This document shows positions 50,620 to 60,454 of a DNA stretch of 64,000 bases, piece after piece. Location: contig CAVPYO010000021.1 in NCBI GenBank assembly GCA_963710025.1, forward strand, positions 50,517 to 114,516, written 5' to 3'. Each line of letters starts with the position of its first letter. Position 1 is the first letter of the stretch. The position numbers were made by a program, and so were the translations under genes. This DNA is from an uncultured Alphaproteobacteria bacterium. Lineage in GTDB: Bacteria > Pseudomonadota > Alphaproteobacteria > Micropepsales > Micropepsaceae. The notes beneath the pieces were generated by a model. The model saw only the letters and a program-made list of their open reading frames with translations, made no database searches and had not been told where the DNA came from.

Positions 50620-52211
50620 TTTACGTCCAGGACCACCACGGATTTCGGCGGGAGCGTCAAACTCAGCCGACCACCCACGATCTTGGCGTCGTTGAACGCC
50701 TCGGGATGTACGGCATTCGGGTCGTCGAACGTATTGTGCGCATCCATGGCGGATGCCGTCAGGATGGTGCCGCTGACCTGCTGCGGCTTCGCGCCCGCGA
50801 TCGCCACCGATACCTTTGCCGCATGGTCGGGGTTGAGGTTGACCAGCGCCACGTCGATGTCGCCGTCCGCGATGCGCGCCGCCGACGCGCTGACCTCCGG
50901 AACCGAGGCTTTGCCGTATTGATAACGCGGCGTCTTCAGATCCGTCGGCAGCGACGTCGCACCCTGGAACGGTATGTACATGTGGAAGACATGGTAAGTC
51001 GGCGTCAGGATCATTTTCGGCCCATCGGTCAGGATCATCGACTGCAGGACGTTGATGGTCTGCGCAATGCTGGTCATGCGCACCCGGTCGGCATATTTGT
51101 GGAAGATGTTGAAGTTCGCCGCCGCGATCACCGCATCGCGTATGGTGTTCTGCTGATAGAGGAAGCCCGGCTCGCGGCCCGGCTCCGGCAGATACCAGGT
51201 GCCCCATTCGTCGACATAAAGCCCAACATACTTCTTGGGGTCATATTTGTTCATGATGGCGATGTTGTTCTTCAGAAAGCCATCCATCTTCAAGGTATTT
51301 GCAATGTGGGATATCCACTGATCTTCGCCGAAGCCGAGGTCGGCGCCTTTGTCCTCCCACTTGATGCCATTGATGGTGTAGTAATGGAGCGAAATCGCAT
51401 TCATGGCGAATCTGCCGGAGTCAGTCTTGGCGGATGACATCAGCGTTTTCGTCCAGCTGGTGTCGCCATCATGGCTGCCGCTGGCGATCACGAGCGGACG
51501 GGCATCGGGCTTGGTGCGGATGAAGGCCGCATACTGCTTGAAGATGTCGGCATAATATTCGGGACGCATATAGCCGCCGCAGCCCCAGGTCTCGTTGCCG
51601 ATGGCGAGCATGGCGAGCTTCCACGGCTTATCGCGTCCGTTGGCTTTGCGCAGACGGGTCAGCGTGGTGTCCTGGTCGGAGGTCATATATTCCAGCCAGT
51701 CTACCATTTCCGCCGGCGAGCCGGTGCCGACATTGGCGCTGATATAAGCGTCGGCGCCGATCTGATCTAAAAAGTCGAAGAATTCATGGGTGCCGAAGGC
51801 GTTGTTTTCCGGCACGACGCCCCAATTGTGATTGATCCTGACCGTTCTTTGCGTGCGCGGACCGATGCCTTCGCGCCAGTGATATTCATCACCGAAACAG
51901 CCGCCCGGCCAGCGCACCACCGGCACATGCAGATCTTTCAATGCAGCGACCACATCGTTTCGGATGCCGCGGGTATTGGGAATCGGCGAGTCCTCTCCAA
52001 CCCAGATGCCGCCGTAGATGCCGGCGCCAAGATGCTCGGAGAATTGTCCGTAGACATTTTTGTTGATCTGCGCGCCCGGACGGTCCGCGCGAATGGTGAT
52101 CGTGGTGCCGGCGACGGAACGGCTCGGCTTGGCCATGGCCCCCGGCGCGCACAACATCGCCAGTGTTGCCGAAAGAACGGCTGTCGCACAAAGTGTCTTA
52201 GAAACCTTCAT
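50616..52211 (-). CDS. abfA: Alpha-L-arabinofuranosidase (GH51), secreted
   Basis: YGQFSEHLG, RWPGGCF, FGTHEF, GNETWGCGG, VDEWGTW, YQQNTIRDA and AQTINVLQS; Sec signal peptide. Confidence 0.93.
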   Translation of the reverse strand: MKVSKTLCATAVLSATLAMLCAPGAMAKPSRSVAGTTITIRADRPGAQINKNVYGQFSEHLGAGIYGGIWVGEDSPIPNTRGIRNDVVAALKDLHVPVVRWPGGCFGDEYHWREGIGPRTQRTVRINHNWGVVPENNAFGTHEFFDFLDQIGADAYISANVGTGSPAEMVDWLEYMTSDQDTTLTRLRKANGRDKPWKLAMLAIGNETWGCGGYMRPEYYADIFKQYAAFIRTKPDARPLVIASGSHDGDTSWTKTLMSSAKTDSGRFAMNAISLHYYTINGIKWEDKGADLGFGEDQWISHIANTLKMDGFLKNNIAIMNKYDPKKYVGLYVDEWGTWYLPEPGREPGFLYQQNTIRDAVIAAANFNIFHKYADRVRMTSIAQTINVLQSMILTDGPKMILTPTYHVFHMYIPFQGATSLPTDLKTPRYQYGKASVPEVSASAARIADGDIDVALVNLNPDHAAKVSVAIAGAKPQQVSGTILTASAMDAHNTFDDPNAVHPEAFNDAKIVGGRLSLTLPPKSVVVLDVK

Positions 52212-52289
52212 CGTGTTGCCTCCTGCCTGAGGGCCGTTTTGTTTGCCGCGCCCGTCTTTTGCGTTTTCCGGCGCTTCTGCAATCTACAA

Positions 52290-53324
52290 TTAGACGATTG
52301 CGGTCGGCCAGCCGTCCTGCGACCACACCAACGGCGCGATTCGCAAGGTCGGCGTGCCTAAACGAAGCGCATCATAAGCGTGATAGACGATATAATCTTG
52401 TCCCGGATTGCGTAATATCGAGCAACCGCCCGGACCACGCCAGCGCGTCCAACCCTTGGCTTTCAGGACGACCGTGCCGTTGCCGTCGATCATGTCGCGT
52501 CTGTTGCTGTCGCCGTAAGGCCCTGAGATATTTCGCGAGCGTCCGACCACTGTGTAATAATTGCTGAAGGGGCCCCGGCAGCAGAAATCGAATGAGGCAA
52601 AAAGATAGTAATAACCCGCGCGTTCGATGAGGAACGCGCCTTCGATCGCATCCGGCGAGCCATCCCGAACCGGACGCCGCGCGAGGGAAGAAAGGCGTAA
52701 CTCGCCGGCCGGCGGCTTAAAGGTCGCCGGATCGAGCTGAACGATCTTTATTCCACTCCAAAAACTTCCGAATGTCAGCCAGTGGTTACCCGCGCTATCA
52801 ACAGAATGATTCGGATCGATAGCGTTGAAGTTGTCGCTATGGACCGATTTCAAGACCAGGCCACGATCCTGCCAGTGATAACTTGGCGAGCTGGGATTCA
52901 ACGTGACGTTGGTCGCAAGCCCGATGACCGAGTGGTTCTTACCGAAGGCCGAGCAGGCGTAGTAGAGCAGATATTGGCCGTTCACATAGGAAATGTCGGG
53001 CGCCCAAATCGATTTCGTCTCGGGAATTTCCTTAACCGCCCATGCGGGAAGACCGGGAAGCACATAGCCGCCCATTTCCCAATGCCGCAAATCTTTCGAG
53101 TGTCGCCACGGGATCTGCGCCCCCGCGCCGTCGCCTAATGTCGTGCTGAACACGTAATAGGTGTTGCCCTCGCGGATGATGCAGGGATCGTGTACGGGAG
53201 AGATGTCTCCGTCCAATTGCGGGTTCAGAGGGCTTGGCGTCCCTGCCCTCGATACGGCCACGGGCAAGACGCCGGCAAACCCGACCAACAAAGATCCTTG
53301 TAGCGCCCTGCGACGGTTGAGCAT
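52290..53324 (-). CDS. GH43 alpha-1,5-L-arabinanase (copy 2), Tat signal
   Basis: VHDP, WAPD, NAIDP, FGSFWSG, IEGAFL, FDFCC and GPGG. MLNRRRAL Tat motif with a GGAGG RBS. Confidence 0.9.
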   Translation of the reverse strand: MLNRRRALQGSLLVGFAGVLPVAVSRAGTPSPLNPQLDGDISPVHDPCIIREGNTYYVFSTTLGDGAGAQIPWRHSKDLRHWEMGGYVLPGLPAWAVKEIPETKSIWAPDISYVNGQYLLYYACSAFGKNHSVIGLATNVTLNPSSPSYHWQDRGLVLKSVHSDNFNAIDPNHSVDSAGNHWLTFGSFWSGIKIVQLDPATFKPPAGELRLSSLARRPVRDGSPDAIEGAFLIERAGYYYLFASFDFCCRGPFSNYYTVVGRSRNISGPYGDSNRRDMIDGNGTVVLKAKGWTRWRGPGGCSILRNPGQDYIVYHAYDALRLGTPTLRIAPLVWSQDGWPTAIV

Positions 53325-53379
53325 TCGGGACCTCCGTTCATTCATAAAGCACTGTCTGTTTCGGATCGCGGTCTCGCGG

Positions 53380-54435
53380 CTACATAAGCGCGGTCGCCCA
53401 GCCGTCCTTCGACCAGACAAGCGGTGCGATCCGCAGATTCGGCATGCCCGGGTGTTTTTTGTTTTCCTTGTCGTAGGCATGATAGACGATGTAGTCCTGG
53501 CCACGATCGCGAAGGATCGCACAGTGACCGGGCCCGCGCCAACGTCCCTTTTCTTCCTGGTCCGCCTTGAGAATGACCTCGCCATAGCCGTTCATCATCG
53601 AACGGCCCTTCTTGTCGAGATACGGACCCGTGATGTGCTTGGACCGGCCATAAGCAGTGTAGTAGGTGCTATTCACGCCCTTGCAGCAATAGTCGTAGGA
53701 CGCGAAGAGATAGTAATAGCCGCCCCTTTCGATGATGAAGTTCGCCTCGATCGTGTCCAACCCGCCTTCCGGCGTCGGGCGCTCGGCGATGCCATGAAGC
53801 TTCCTGTCACCAGGACGCGGCTTACCTGTCGCGGGATCAAGTTGCATGATCTTTATTCCGCTCCAAAAGCTGCCGAAGGCCAGCCAGCTTCCGCCGTGGC
53901 GATCAATGACATGGGACGGATCGATGCAATTGTAGTCGTCGGTCTTATGCGACCTGAACACCAGCCCGTGATCTTCCCAGCGATAGTTCGGTGCGCTGGG
54001 ATCCAAGGTTGCGTTGGTCGCCAAGCCGATGGCGGACACGTTGGTGCCGAAGGTCGAACCCGCGTAGTAGAGCCAATACTTGCCCCTGTAGAGGGTGATG
54101 TCCGGCGCCCACAGCGCCCTGACGTCGGGGATTTCCTTTTTCATCCAGGCCGGAATCTCGGGGAAAATATCGCCGATCTTCTTCCAGCTCAGCAGATCCT
54201 TGGACACGCGCATGGATAACTGTGCCTGCCCGTCGTCCCGCATCGTCGTGCAATAGACGTAATAGGTATCGCCTTCGCGGATGATGCAGGGATCGTGGAC
54301 CGGCGAAAGATCACCCGTCATCCGGTCGTTGATCGGTTCCGGCGTCTGCGCCCAAGCGGCTGTCATGGTGGTGGGGAGCGCGGCGGCCAGACCTATTGTC
54401 AGGGAACCCTGTAGCGCCCTGCGGCGGCTGATCAT
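53380..54435 (-). CDS. GH43 alpha-1,5-L-arabinanase (copy 1), Tat signal
   Basis: VHDP, WAPD, NCIDP, FGSFWSG, IEANFI, YDYCC and GPGH; MISRRRAL Tat motif. Confidence 0.9.
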   Translation of the reverse strand: MISRRRALQGSLTIGLAAALPTTMTAAWAQTPEPINDRMTGDLSPVHDPCIIREGDTYYVYCTTMRDDGQAQLSMRVSKDLLSWKKIGDIFPEIPAWMKKEIPDVRALWAPDITLYRGKYWLYYAGSTFGTNVSAIGLATNATLDPSAPNYRWEDHGLVFRSHKTDDYNCIDPSHVIDRHGGSWLAFGSFWSGIKIMQLDPATGKPRPGDRKLHGIAERPTPEGGLDTIEANFIIERGGYYYLFASYDYCCKGVNSTYYTAYGRSKHITGPYLDKKGRSMMNGYGEVILKADQEEKGRWRGPGHCAILRDRGQDYIVYHAYDKENKKHPGMPNLRIAPLVWSKDGWATALM

Positions 54436-54606
54436 TTGCAGGGCTTCGGGAGGGGCCGGGATGTCAAGTGATGGTATAGAAACCTCCTCGCTGTGCTTCT
54501 TATAAGGTACGTGGGCGGCAGGAAAAAGGCGCGGTCACCGCAAACCCCGTCCTACTCGCCCACGAAGGGGGAGGAACCCCTGTCGGTGCGCCTCCCGGAA
54601 GTGACG

Positions 54607-54635
54607 GGGCCGAGTTTAACTTTCAAACTCGGCCC
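54607..54635 (-). promoter_or_regulatory. Stem-loop downstream of arabinan TBDR
   Basis: Perfect 11-bp inverted repeat GGGCCGAGTTT / AAACTCGGCCC with a 7-nt loop; no long U-tract. Confidence 0.6.
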
Positions 54636-54662
54636 GGATCACTCCCGGAGAACGCTTAGTGC

Positions 54663-57371
54663 TTACATCTTGTAACGCAGACCTAACGTAAAGTACTGGT
54701 CGAACTGGCGCGTATCGCGCGGATAAATATGCGCAAAGGCACCCTGACCGAAGTGATCCTGATAATTGCTGTCGGTCAGATTGTTGGCATCAAAAGTCAA
54801 CACGAGATGCTCGTCCACGTTATAGCTCACCGACATACCAAGCTCTCCATACGGCTTCGAATAGGCTGCCGCTGGGTTGACCGAAGTAGCGTCATTGAAG
54901 GTGTAGCCGACCTGGAAGCTGCTACGCCAGTTGTACGAGACACGGAACGACACCGGGCCGTATTCGTACATCGGGATGATGTTATAGGAATACTTCGACA
55001 CGTTGGCGTAAGGCTCCATTGCCCCCGTCGTAATGTCTCTGAAATGCCCTTCGATAAAGGTGGCGTTCACCGCCAGACCGAGGCCGCTCCAGAGTCCGGG
55101 CAGCATATCGTACCACTGGGTGTAACCAGCTTCGAAGCCCTGCAGGAACCCTTGACCGCTGTTATACGGCCTATTCACTGAATAGACACAAGGTGCAACG
55201 GGGGTACCGCATACGCCGTGCGTTTCATCCGCATTCTTGTACTGGATGTAACCATCGATCTGACGATAGAAGGCCGTGCCGGTCAGCATGTCCTGCTTTC
55301 CGAAGTAGTACTCCAACCCGATATTCACGTTGTTGGCCTTTACCGAAGAAAGATTCGGGTTGCCGGCGCTGCCAGCATTTTCAGAAGTCAGCGCGGACTC
55401 CGACAATGTCAAGCCAGGGTTCAACTCAGCGAATGTCGGCCGGGTGACTGTCCGGCTCACTGCAAACCGGGCTATTAGGTCGTCCTGGATGGAGAGCTTT
55501 GCATTGAAGCTCGGCATCCAATCGGCGGTTTCTTTGCTGGTTGTGATCGGAGTGTAGATGGTTGGGCCACTCGGCGGTACGGTAGTTACGTAAGCTTGCG
55601 TATCGGACCGCGTATCGACAACACGCAGACCGATATTGCCGTCGAGAGGCATGTCGCCAACCGTCAAGCCGTAGTTCACCTTGAAATAGGCGCCATAGCC
55701 CTGCTCACGTTGACCGAACGAGTTGCTCGGAAGTGCCGCCGGAGCTCCGGCAGGTTGGCCGAACGCAGCTCTGAGCGTCGCGATATTAGCTTGCGACCAA
55801 TTCGGATTGACGTCCATCCATTTCCGGAGGCCCCATGTTTTGTCACTCAAGAAACTGCCGATCGAATCCGACATGGCATTGGCCATCACGCCACCGGAAG
55901 CCGTTAATGTGTTAGCCCACCAACCACCGCCGCACGCAGCCGAAGCAGCCAGAGCCGGATCGGCCCCCATTTGATCGGTCCCACCATAGCAGCTAATGGC
56001 ACCGCCCCAGTCGGCACGGTTCTCGCCGAAGCGGTCGGTATAACGCAAACCGGCATCGATCGACTTGATCAAGTCATCGCCGAAAGTAATGTTTGCATCG
56101 CCGCGCCAATCGATTTCGTTGCCGCTCTGCCGCGTCCACTGATCGAAGAGCTGAGTGGGATGATAGTTCGAGCCAACGAGCCAAAGGGCGGGGGTGCCAG
56201 CGGTCATTTCAGGCGTGCCTTGGCCATTGTAGTTAGTATCAAAGATGGCCGTATCAAAGATCGCCGTGTCGACAATAACGCCCGTGCGTTTGTACTTGCT
56301 GTCTGTGTAATCGACTTCGCTCGACAGCGTCACATTATCGCCCGTCCAAGTCACCCCGGTTGCAGCTTGATAAGTGTTCGTGCTGTCGCGGAAGGACTGG
56401 TTGCTGGTCAAGTTGAAGCAACAAATGGTCTCTGTCTTCAACTCGTTAACACCATTAGGGTCGGTAACAGACGTATAAGCCGAAGACGGGCTGTCCCCTG
56501 GTAACCCGATAAGGAAATCTACTGCATTCGGGTTGCGGTAGCGGGTATAGAACACTTCGGCAAAGACTTCAGTGTTGCTGTTCGGGCGCCACTGCGTGCT
56601 CAAATTCGCCGAGCCGCGTTCGTTGTTACCCGGATACTCGATGCCGCCGAGAGTGCTTGGATTATGCACACCCGGGTTGTTCTCTTGGTCGGAGTAATAG
56701 TCGAACCCGTCCTGGTCAACATAGTGGCGATTCTTATAGCTGATGTCGAGCAGCGCGCCGATTTCGCCGATCGATGTGTTCCAGCGATCGCTCAACAGAA
56801 GGCTCGCGGTCGGATCGACATGTTTTGACACCGTACCATACGTGCCCTGCAAGCCGCCGGCGACCTGTGGGCCGTCAAAATCGAACGGCCGGTGCAAGCG
56901 CACATCAATCAAGCCGGCGAGACCGCCCTCGAGGTCTTGAGCCGTGGTCGATTTATGCACATCCACGCCCGCCAGAAGTTCGGCCGGGATGTCGGCGAGT
57001 GACACGTAACGGCCGGTCGTGGTGAAGATTTCGCGCCCGTTCAGCGTGGTCGCAACATCAGGCAAGCCGCGGATAAAAATCGCGTCATTTTCACCCGCAC
57101 CACTAGGATGCTGCACCTGAAGGCCGGTGACATGCTGCAAGGCATCGACAACTTGGTTGTCAGGCAGCTTGCCGATGTCTTCGGACACGATGGAATCTAA
57201 GAATTGATCGGAGTTCTTCTTGATCGTCTCAGCCGACGCCAAGCTGGCGCGGATGCCGGTGACAACGACAGTTTCCACTTGCTGCTGGTCTGCCTGTGCG
57301 TATGCAGCCCCCGCCGCAATGGTCAAGGCAAGTGCCGACGTCGTACACGTAAGTAAATTCTTCCAATGCAT
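54663..57371 (-). CDS. TonB-dependent receptor, probable arabino-oligosaccharide importer
   Basis: Signal peptide, ETVVVTGIRASL and DSIVSEDIGKLPD plug motif; C-terminal FTLGLRYKM. Substrate inferred from context. Confidence 0.9.
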   Translation of the reverse strand: MHWKNLLTCTTSALALTIAAGAAYAQADQQQVETVVVTGIRASLASAETIKKNSDQFLDSIVSEDIGKLPDNQVVDALQHVTGLQVQHPSGAGENDAIFIRGLPDVATTLNGREIFTTTGRYVSLADIPAELLAGVDVHKSTTAQDLEGGLAGLIDVRLHRPFDFDGPQVAGGLQGTYGTVSKHVDPTASLLLSDRWNTSIGEIGALLDISYKNRHYVDQDGFDYYSDQENNPGVHNPSTLGGIEYPGNNERGSANLSTQWRPNSNTEVFAEVFYTRYRNPNAVDFLIGLPGDSPSSAYTSVTDPNGVNELKTETICCFNLTSNQSFRDSTNTYQAATGVTWTGDNVTLSSEVDYTDSKYKRTGVIVDTAIFDTAIFDTNYNGQGTPEMTAGTPALWLVGSNYHPTQLFDQWTRQSGNEIDWRGDANITFGDDLIKSIDAGLRYTDRFGENRADWGGAISCYGGTDQMGADPALAASAACGGGWWANTLTASGGVMANAMSDSIGSFLSDKTWGLRKWMDVNPNWSQANIATLRAAFGQPAGAPAALPSNSFGQREQGYGAYFKVNYGLTVGDMPLDGNIGLRVVDTRSDTQAYVTTVPPSGPTIYTPITTSKETADWMPSFNAKLSIQDDLIARFAVSRTVTRPTFAELNPGLTLSESALTSENAGSAGNPNLSSVKANNVNIGLEYYFGKQDMLTGTAFYRQIDGYIQYKNADETHGVCGTPVAPCVYSVNRPYNSGQGFLQGFEAGYTQWYDMLPGLWSGLGLAVNATFIEGHFRDITTGAMEPYANVSKYSYNIIPMYEYGPVSFRVSYNWRSSFQVGYTFNDATSVNPAAAYSKPYGELGMSVSYNVDEHLVLTFDANNLTDSNYQDHFGQGAFAHIYPRDTRQFDQYFTLGLRYKM

Positions 57372-57430
57372 GATATCCCTCCCTGCGCATCGTTCTCTTG
57401 CAGCGCGAAAGCGCTCGCGAACGACCGGTT

Positions 57431-57470
57431 TATTACTCAGACAAATAATTTATTTGATTTCACAGACAAA
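57431..57470. promoter_or_regulatory. Candidate FadR-type operator(s) upstream of TBDR
   Basis: TATTACTC-A-GACAAATA (57431-57447) plus a second ACAGACAAA at 57462-57470. Confidence 0.65.
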
Positions 57471-57729
57471 TACAAGACACGGATGAGTGCGCGACCTTCG
57501 ATGTTCGGATTTTGTGGCAAATCCGCATCACCCCCGACGGCCGTATTTTAAGTGTAGTGCCGAGCCGAAAACGATTCGGTTGCCGACGGATGCGTTCGAA
57601 TCGGCGGAGTGATTCGAGGTGCACTCCGTATCGTCACAACGCCGGACGCCTCCTGCACCGCGCGCGGATTGGACTTGAGTTCCAAAGGGTATACTAAGTT
57701 ACCGAGGGGATCGGCTTGACTCAGGGCAG

Positions 57730-58491
57730 ATGAACAAGCTCGTACCACCTGGGCGATTACGCCCATTCAGCAAAGCTTTGCGGTTGCACGGCATGATCGC
57801 ACGCGATCTTGGTATCGCTATCATGTGCGGACAATATCAGCCGGGTGACTTGCTCATCGGTGAGATCGAGTCCAGCGAACGGCTATCGGTTTCCCGAACG
57901 GCGTATCGCGAAGCGATTCGCATTCTCGCCGCCAAAGGTCTGGTCGAATCGAAGCCGAAAGTCGGCACCAAAGTAAGCAACAAGGACAAATGGCACATGC
58001 TCGATCCGGATGTCCTTACCTGGGCGTTCGAAAACGAGCCGGATCTCGACTTGTTGAACAGTATTTTCGAATTGCGCGACGTCGTCGAATCGACGGCGGC
58101 CGGCTTGGCCGCCGCGCGGCGTTCGAAGGCGCACCTCGAAGCGATGCACAATGCTATCGATAGAATGGGCCGTTTCACGTTGGCGTCCGAAGCCGGCCGC
58201 GAGGCTGATTTGGATTTCCACGCGACCCTGCTGCAAGCCACCGATAATCCCTTCATCATTTCCCTGACTACGGGGCTCAACGCGGCCGTCGACACCACCA
58301 CGACGTTCAAGCAGCGAGAGCGTCCGTTGGAGCGCGATCCGGTGCCCGATCACGCGCGCGTGCTCGACGCGATCGAGGACGAGGATCCCGCCGGCGCACA
58401 GCGCGCGATGAGCGAACTCATTCAATTGGCGCGCTTGGACACGCCCATGCCGCAGCCGACAAACAAGCGCAAAATCCCGGAAAAAAACTGA
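57730..58491 (+). CDS. FadR/GntR-family transcriptional regulator (FCD domain)
   Basis: wHTH VSRTAYREAIRILAAKGLVESKPKVGT and FCD ADLDFH...ATDNP, DHARVLDAI; divergent from the TBDR. Confidence 0.9.
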   Translation: MNKLVPPGRLRPFSKALRLHGMIARDLGIAIMCGQYQPGDLLIGEIESSERLSVSRTAYREAIRILAAKGLVESKPKVGTKVSNKDKWHMLDPDVLTWAFENEPDLDLLNSIFELRDVVESTAAGLAAARRSKAHLEAMHNAIDRMGRFTLASEAGREADLDFHATLLQATDNPFIISLTTGLNAAVDTTTTFKQRERPLERDPVPDHARVLDAIEDEDPAGAQRAMSELIQLARLDTPMPQPTNKRKIPEKN

Positions 58492-58550
58492 GAGCGCCAA
58501 TGCGCGGCTTCACGTCGCGCTTATAAATCTTCGTTTGAGTTGCCGCTGTC

Positions 58551-58567
58551 CTTTTGTCCGAGTTATT
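58551..58567. promoter_or_regulatory. Candidate FadR-type operator upstream of symporter
   Basis: CTTTTGTC-C-GAGTTATT. Confidence 0.55.
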
Positions 58568-58644
58568 CCGTTAGGATGCCGCGCCGCGAAAGGTGATTCG
58601 CGGATTCACGTCCGCCACGAATGCTCGCCGGGGGGCTACAGCGC

Positions 58645-60204
58645 ATGCACCTTTCATCGCTCGATATCGTTGTGATGGTGGTATACGCCACCTTCGTGTT
58701 GGCGCTGGCTCAGTTCGCGCCAAAGACCGCGACTTCCAAAGACGGCCATGAATACGTCCCGAAGAGCAGCGCGCTTCCCTGGTGGGCCATCGGGGTGTCG
58801 CTGATCGCGGCCAACATCTCCGCCGAACAGATCATCGGCATGTCCGGATCGGCTTACGCGCTCGGGCTGGCCATTGCGTCCTACGAATGGATGGGGGCGG
58901 CGACGCTTCTGATCGTGGGAAAATACTTTCTGCCGATCTTCCTGAAAAACCAGATTTACACGATGCCGGAGTTCCTGAGGCGCCGCTACGGCAAGAGCGT
59001 TCAGTGCGTCATGGCGATCATCTGGATCGGCGTCTATATCTTCGTGGCCCTGACATCGATCCTGTGGCTGGGCGCCACCGCGGTTCACACCGTCACCGGT
59101 CTGACGCTGCAGATCAGTTTGATTCTGCTCGGCTTGTTCGCGGGAAATTACGCGTTGTATGTCGGCTTGAAAGCCGTTGCTTTCACCGATGTGGTGCAGG
59201 TGTCGATGCTGGTGCTGGGCGGGCTGGTGATCGCCTGCATCGCCTTGGAGAAAATCTCCGGCGGCAGCGGCCTTTCCGGCCTGGTCGACGGGTTTCGCAC
59301 GCTGGTGGCACGGGCGCCCGACCACTTTCACCTGATCCTGAAGCCCGACAATGCCTTCTACAAATACGTGCCGGGCATCTCCGTGCTGGTCGGGGGAATG
59401 TGGGTCATCAATCTTTCTTATTGGGGATTCAACCAATACATCATCCAACGCGCGCTGACTGCGAAAAGCATCCGCGAAGTGCAGAAAGGCGTCGTGCTGG
59501 CGGCTTTCCTGAAGTTGCTGGTTCCGGTGCTGGTCGTCATCCCCGGAATCGCCACCGTCGTTCTCGCGCCTCACCTGCCGCGGCCGGACGAAGCGTATCC
59601 CAAGATCATGACCCTGCTGCCGAGCGGCCTGTTGGGCCTGGTGTTCGTCGCCCTGGTCGCGGCGATCATCGCGTCGATGAGATCGACGCTTAGCTCGATC
59701 TCCACCATCTTCGCGGCCGACGTGCTCAAGGTCGTCAAAAAGGATATCAACGAGCGTCAACTCGTCATCGTCAGGTGGTCCACGGCCATCGTCGCGCTCG
59801 GCATCGCCATGGTCGCGGCACAACCGCTGCTGGGCCATTTCGATCAGGCCTTCCAATACATCCAGGATTTCAATGGCTTCTTTACGCCGGGCGTCGTCGT
59901 CATCTTCTTGCTCGGCATGTTCTGGAGGCGCGCTACCGAAGCCGGCGCCCTGGTAGCGGCCGTGGGATCGCCCGTCATTTCCGTCATATACGCCGAGTTT
60001 CTGCCGGCAATCCCGTTTATGAACCGAATAGGCTACGTGTTCCTGATTTGCCTCGGTTTGGCGGTTATCGCTTCGCTTGCGCAAAAGCCGCGAAGCGCAA
60101 CGATCGAGGTGACCGGTATCGACTATTCGACGAGCAAGACATTCAACCTCGCCTGCCTTGCCATCGTTGCGATTTTGGCAACGCTCTACGCGACTTGGTG
60201 GTAG
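58645..60204 (+). CDS. Sodium:solute symporter, SglT-like sugar transporter (probable L-arabinose)
   Basis: LPWWAIGVSLIAANISAEQIIGMSGS, IASYEW, YTMPEFL, AFTDVVQV and YWGFNQYIIQRAL; about 13-14 TM segments. Confidence 0.88.
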   Translation: MHLSSLDIVVMVVYATFVLALAQFAPKTATSKDGHEYVPKSSALPWWAIGVSLIAANISAEQIIGMSGSAYALGLAIASYEWMGAATLLIVGKYFLPIFLKNQIYTMPEFLRRRYGKSVQCVMAIIWIGVYIFVALTSILWLGATAVHTVTGLTLQISLILLGLFAGNYALYVGLKAVAFTDVVQVSMLVLGGLVIACIALEKISGGSGLSGLVDGFRTLVARAPDHFHLILKPDNAFYKYVPGISVLVGGMWVINLSYWGFNQYIIQRALTAKSIREVQKGVVLAAFLKLLVPVLVVIPGIATVVLAPHLPRPDEAYPKIMTLLPSGLLGLVFVALVAAIIASMRSTLSSISTIFAADVLKVVKKDINERQLVIVRWSTAIVALGIAMVAAQPLLGHFDQAFQYIQDFNGFFTPGVVVIFLLGMFWRRATEAGALVAAVGSPVISVIYAEFLPAIPFMNRIGYVFLICLGLAVIASLAQKPRSATIEVTGIDYSTSKTFNLACLAIVAILATLYATWW

Positions 60205-60454
60205 TTGGAGCCTGATCTGCCGGGATGGGCGCGCCGCAACGTCGCGGCAGCGTGTGGCGAAGCGCCGAAAGGTCGCGAACTTTGCCGCGCGCCGGATCGG
60301 CTCCCCCCCGCCCACGATACCCATCGGCAAAAATAATAGGCCGTCAAATAAGGATTATCGGACCAAAAATGACATTGAGAATCCGGACTTCAAGTGGGGC
60401 CTTTCGGACACAACCAATAGTATTGCTTCTTTCCGGTATGCGACCTGCTTTCTT

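Noticed and set aside
49252-51207. ORF-track N-terminal extensions (GH27 to 51207, chbP from 18941, gltD to 24258, GH43 to 53585)
   Set aside because: They overlap neighbouring genes. Better starts with RBS or ATGA coupling and family-typical N-termini exist downstream.
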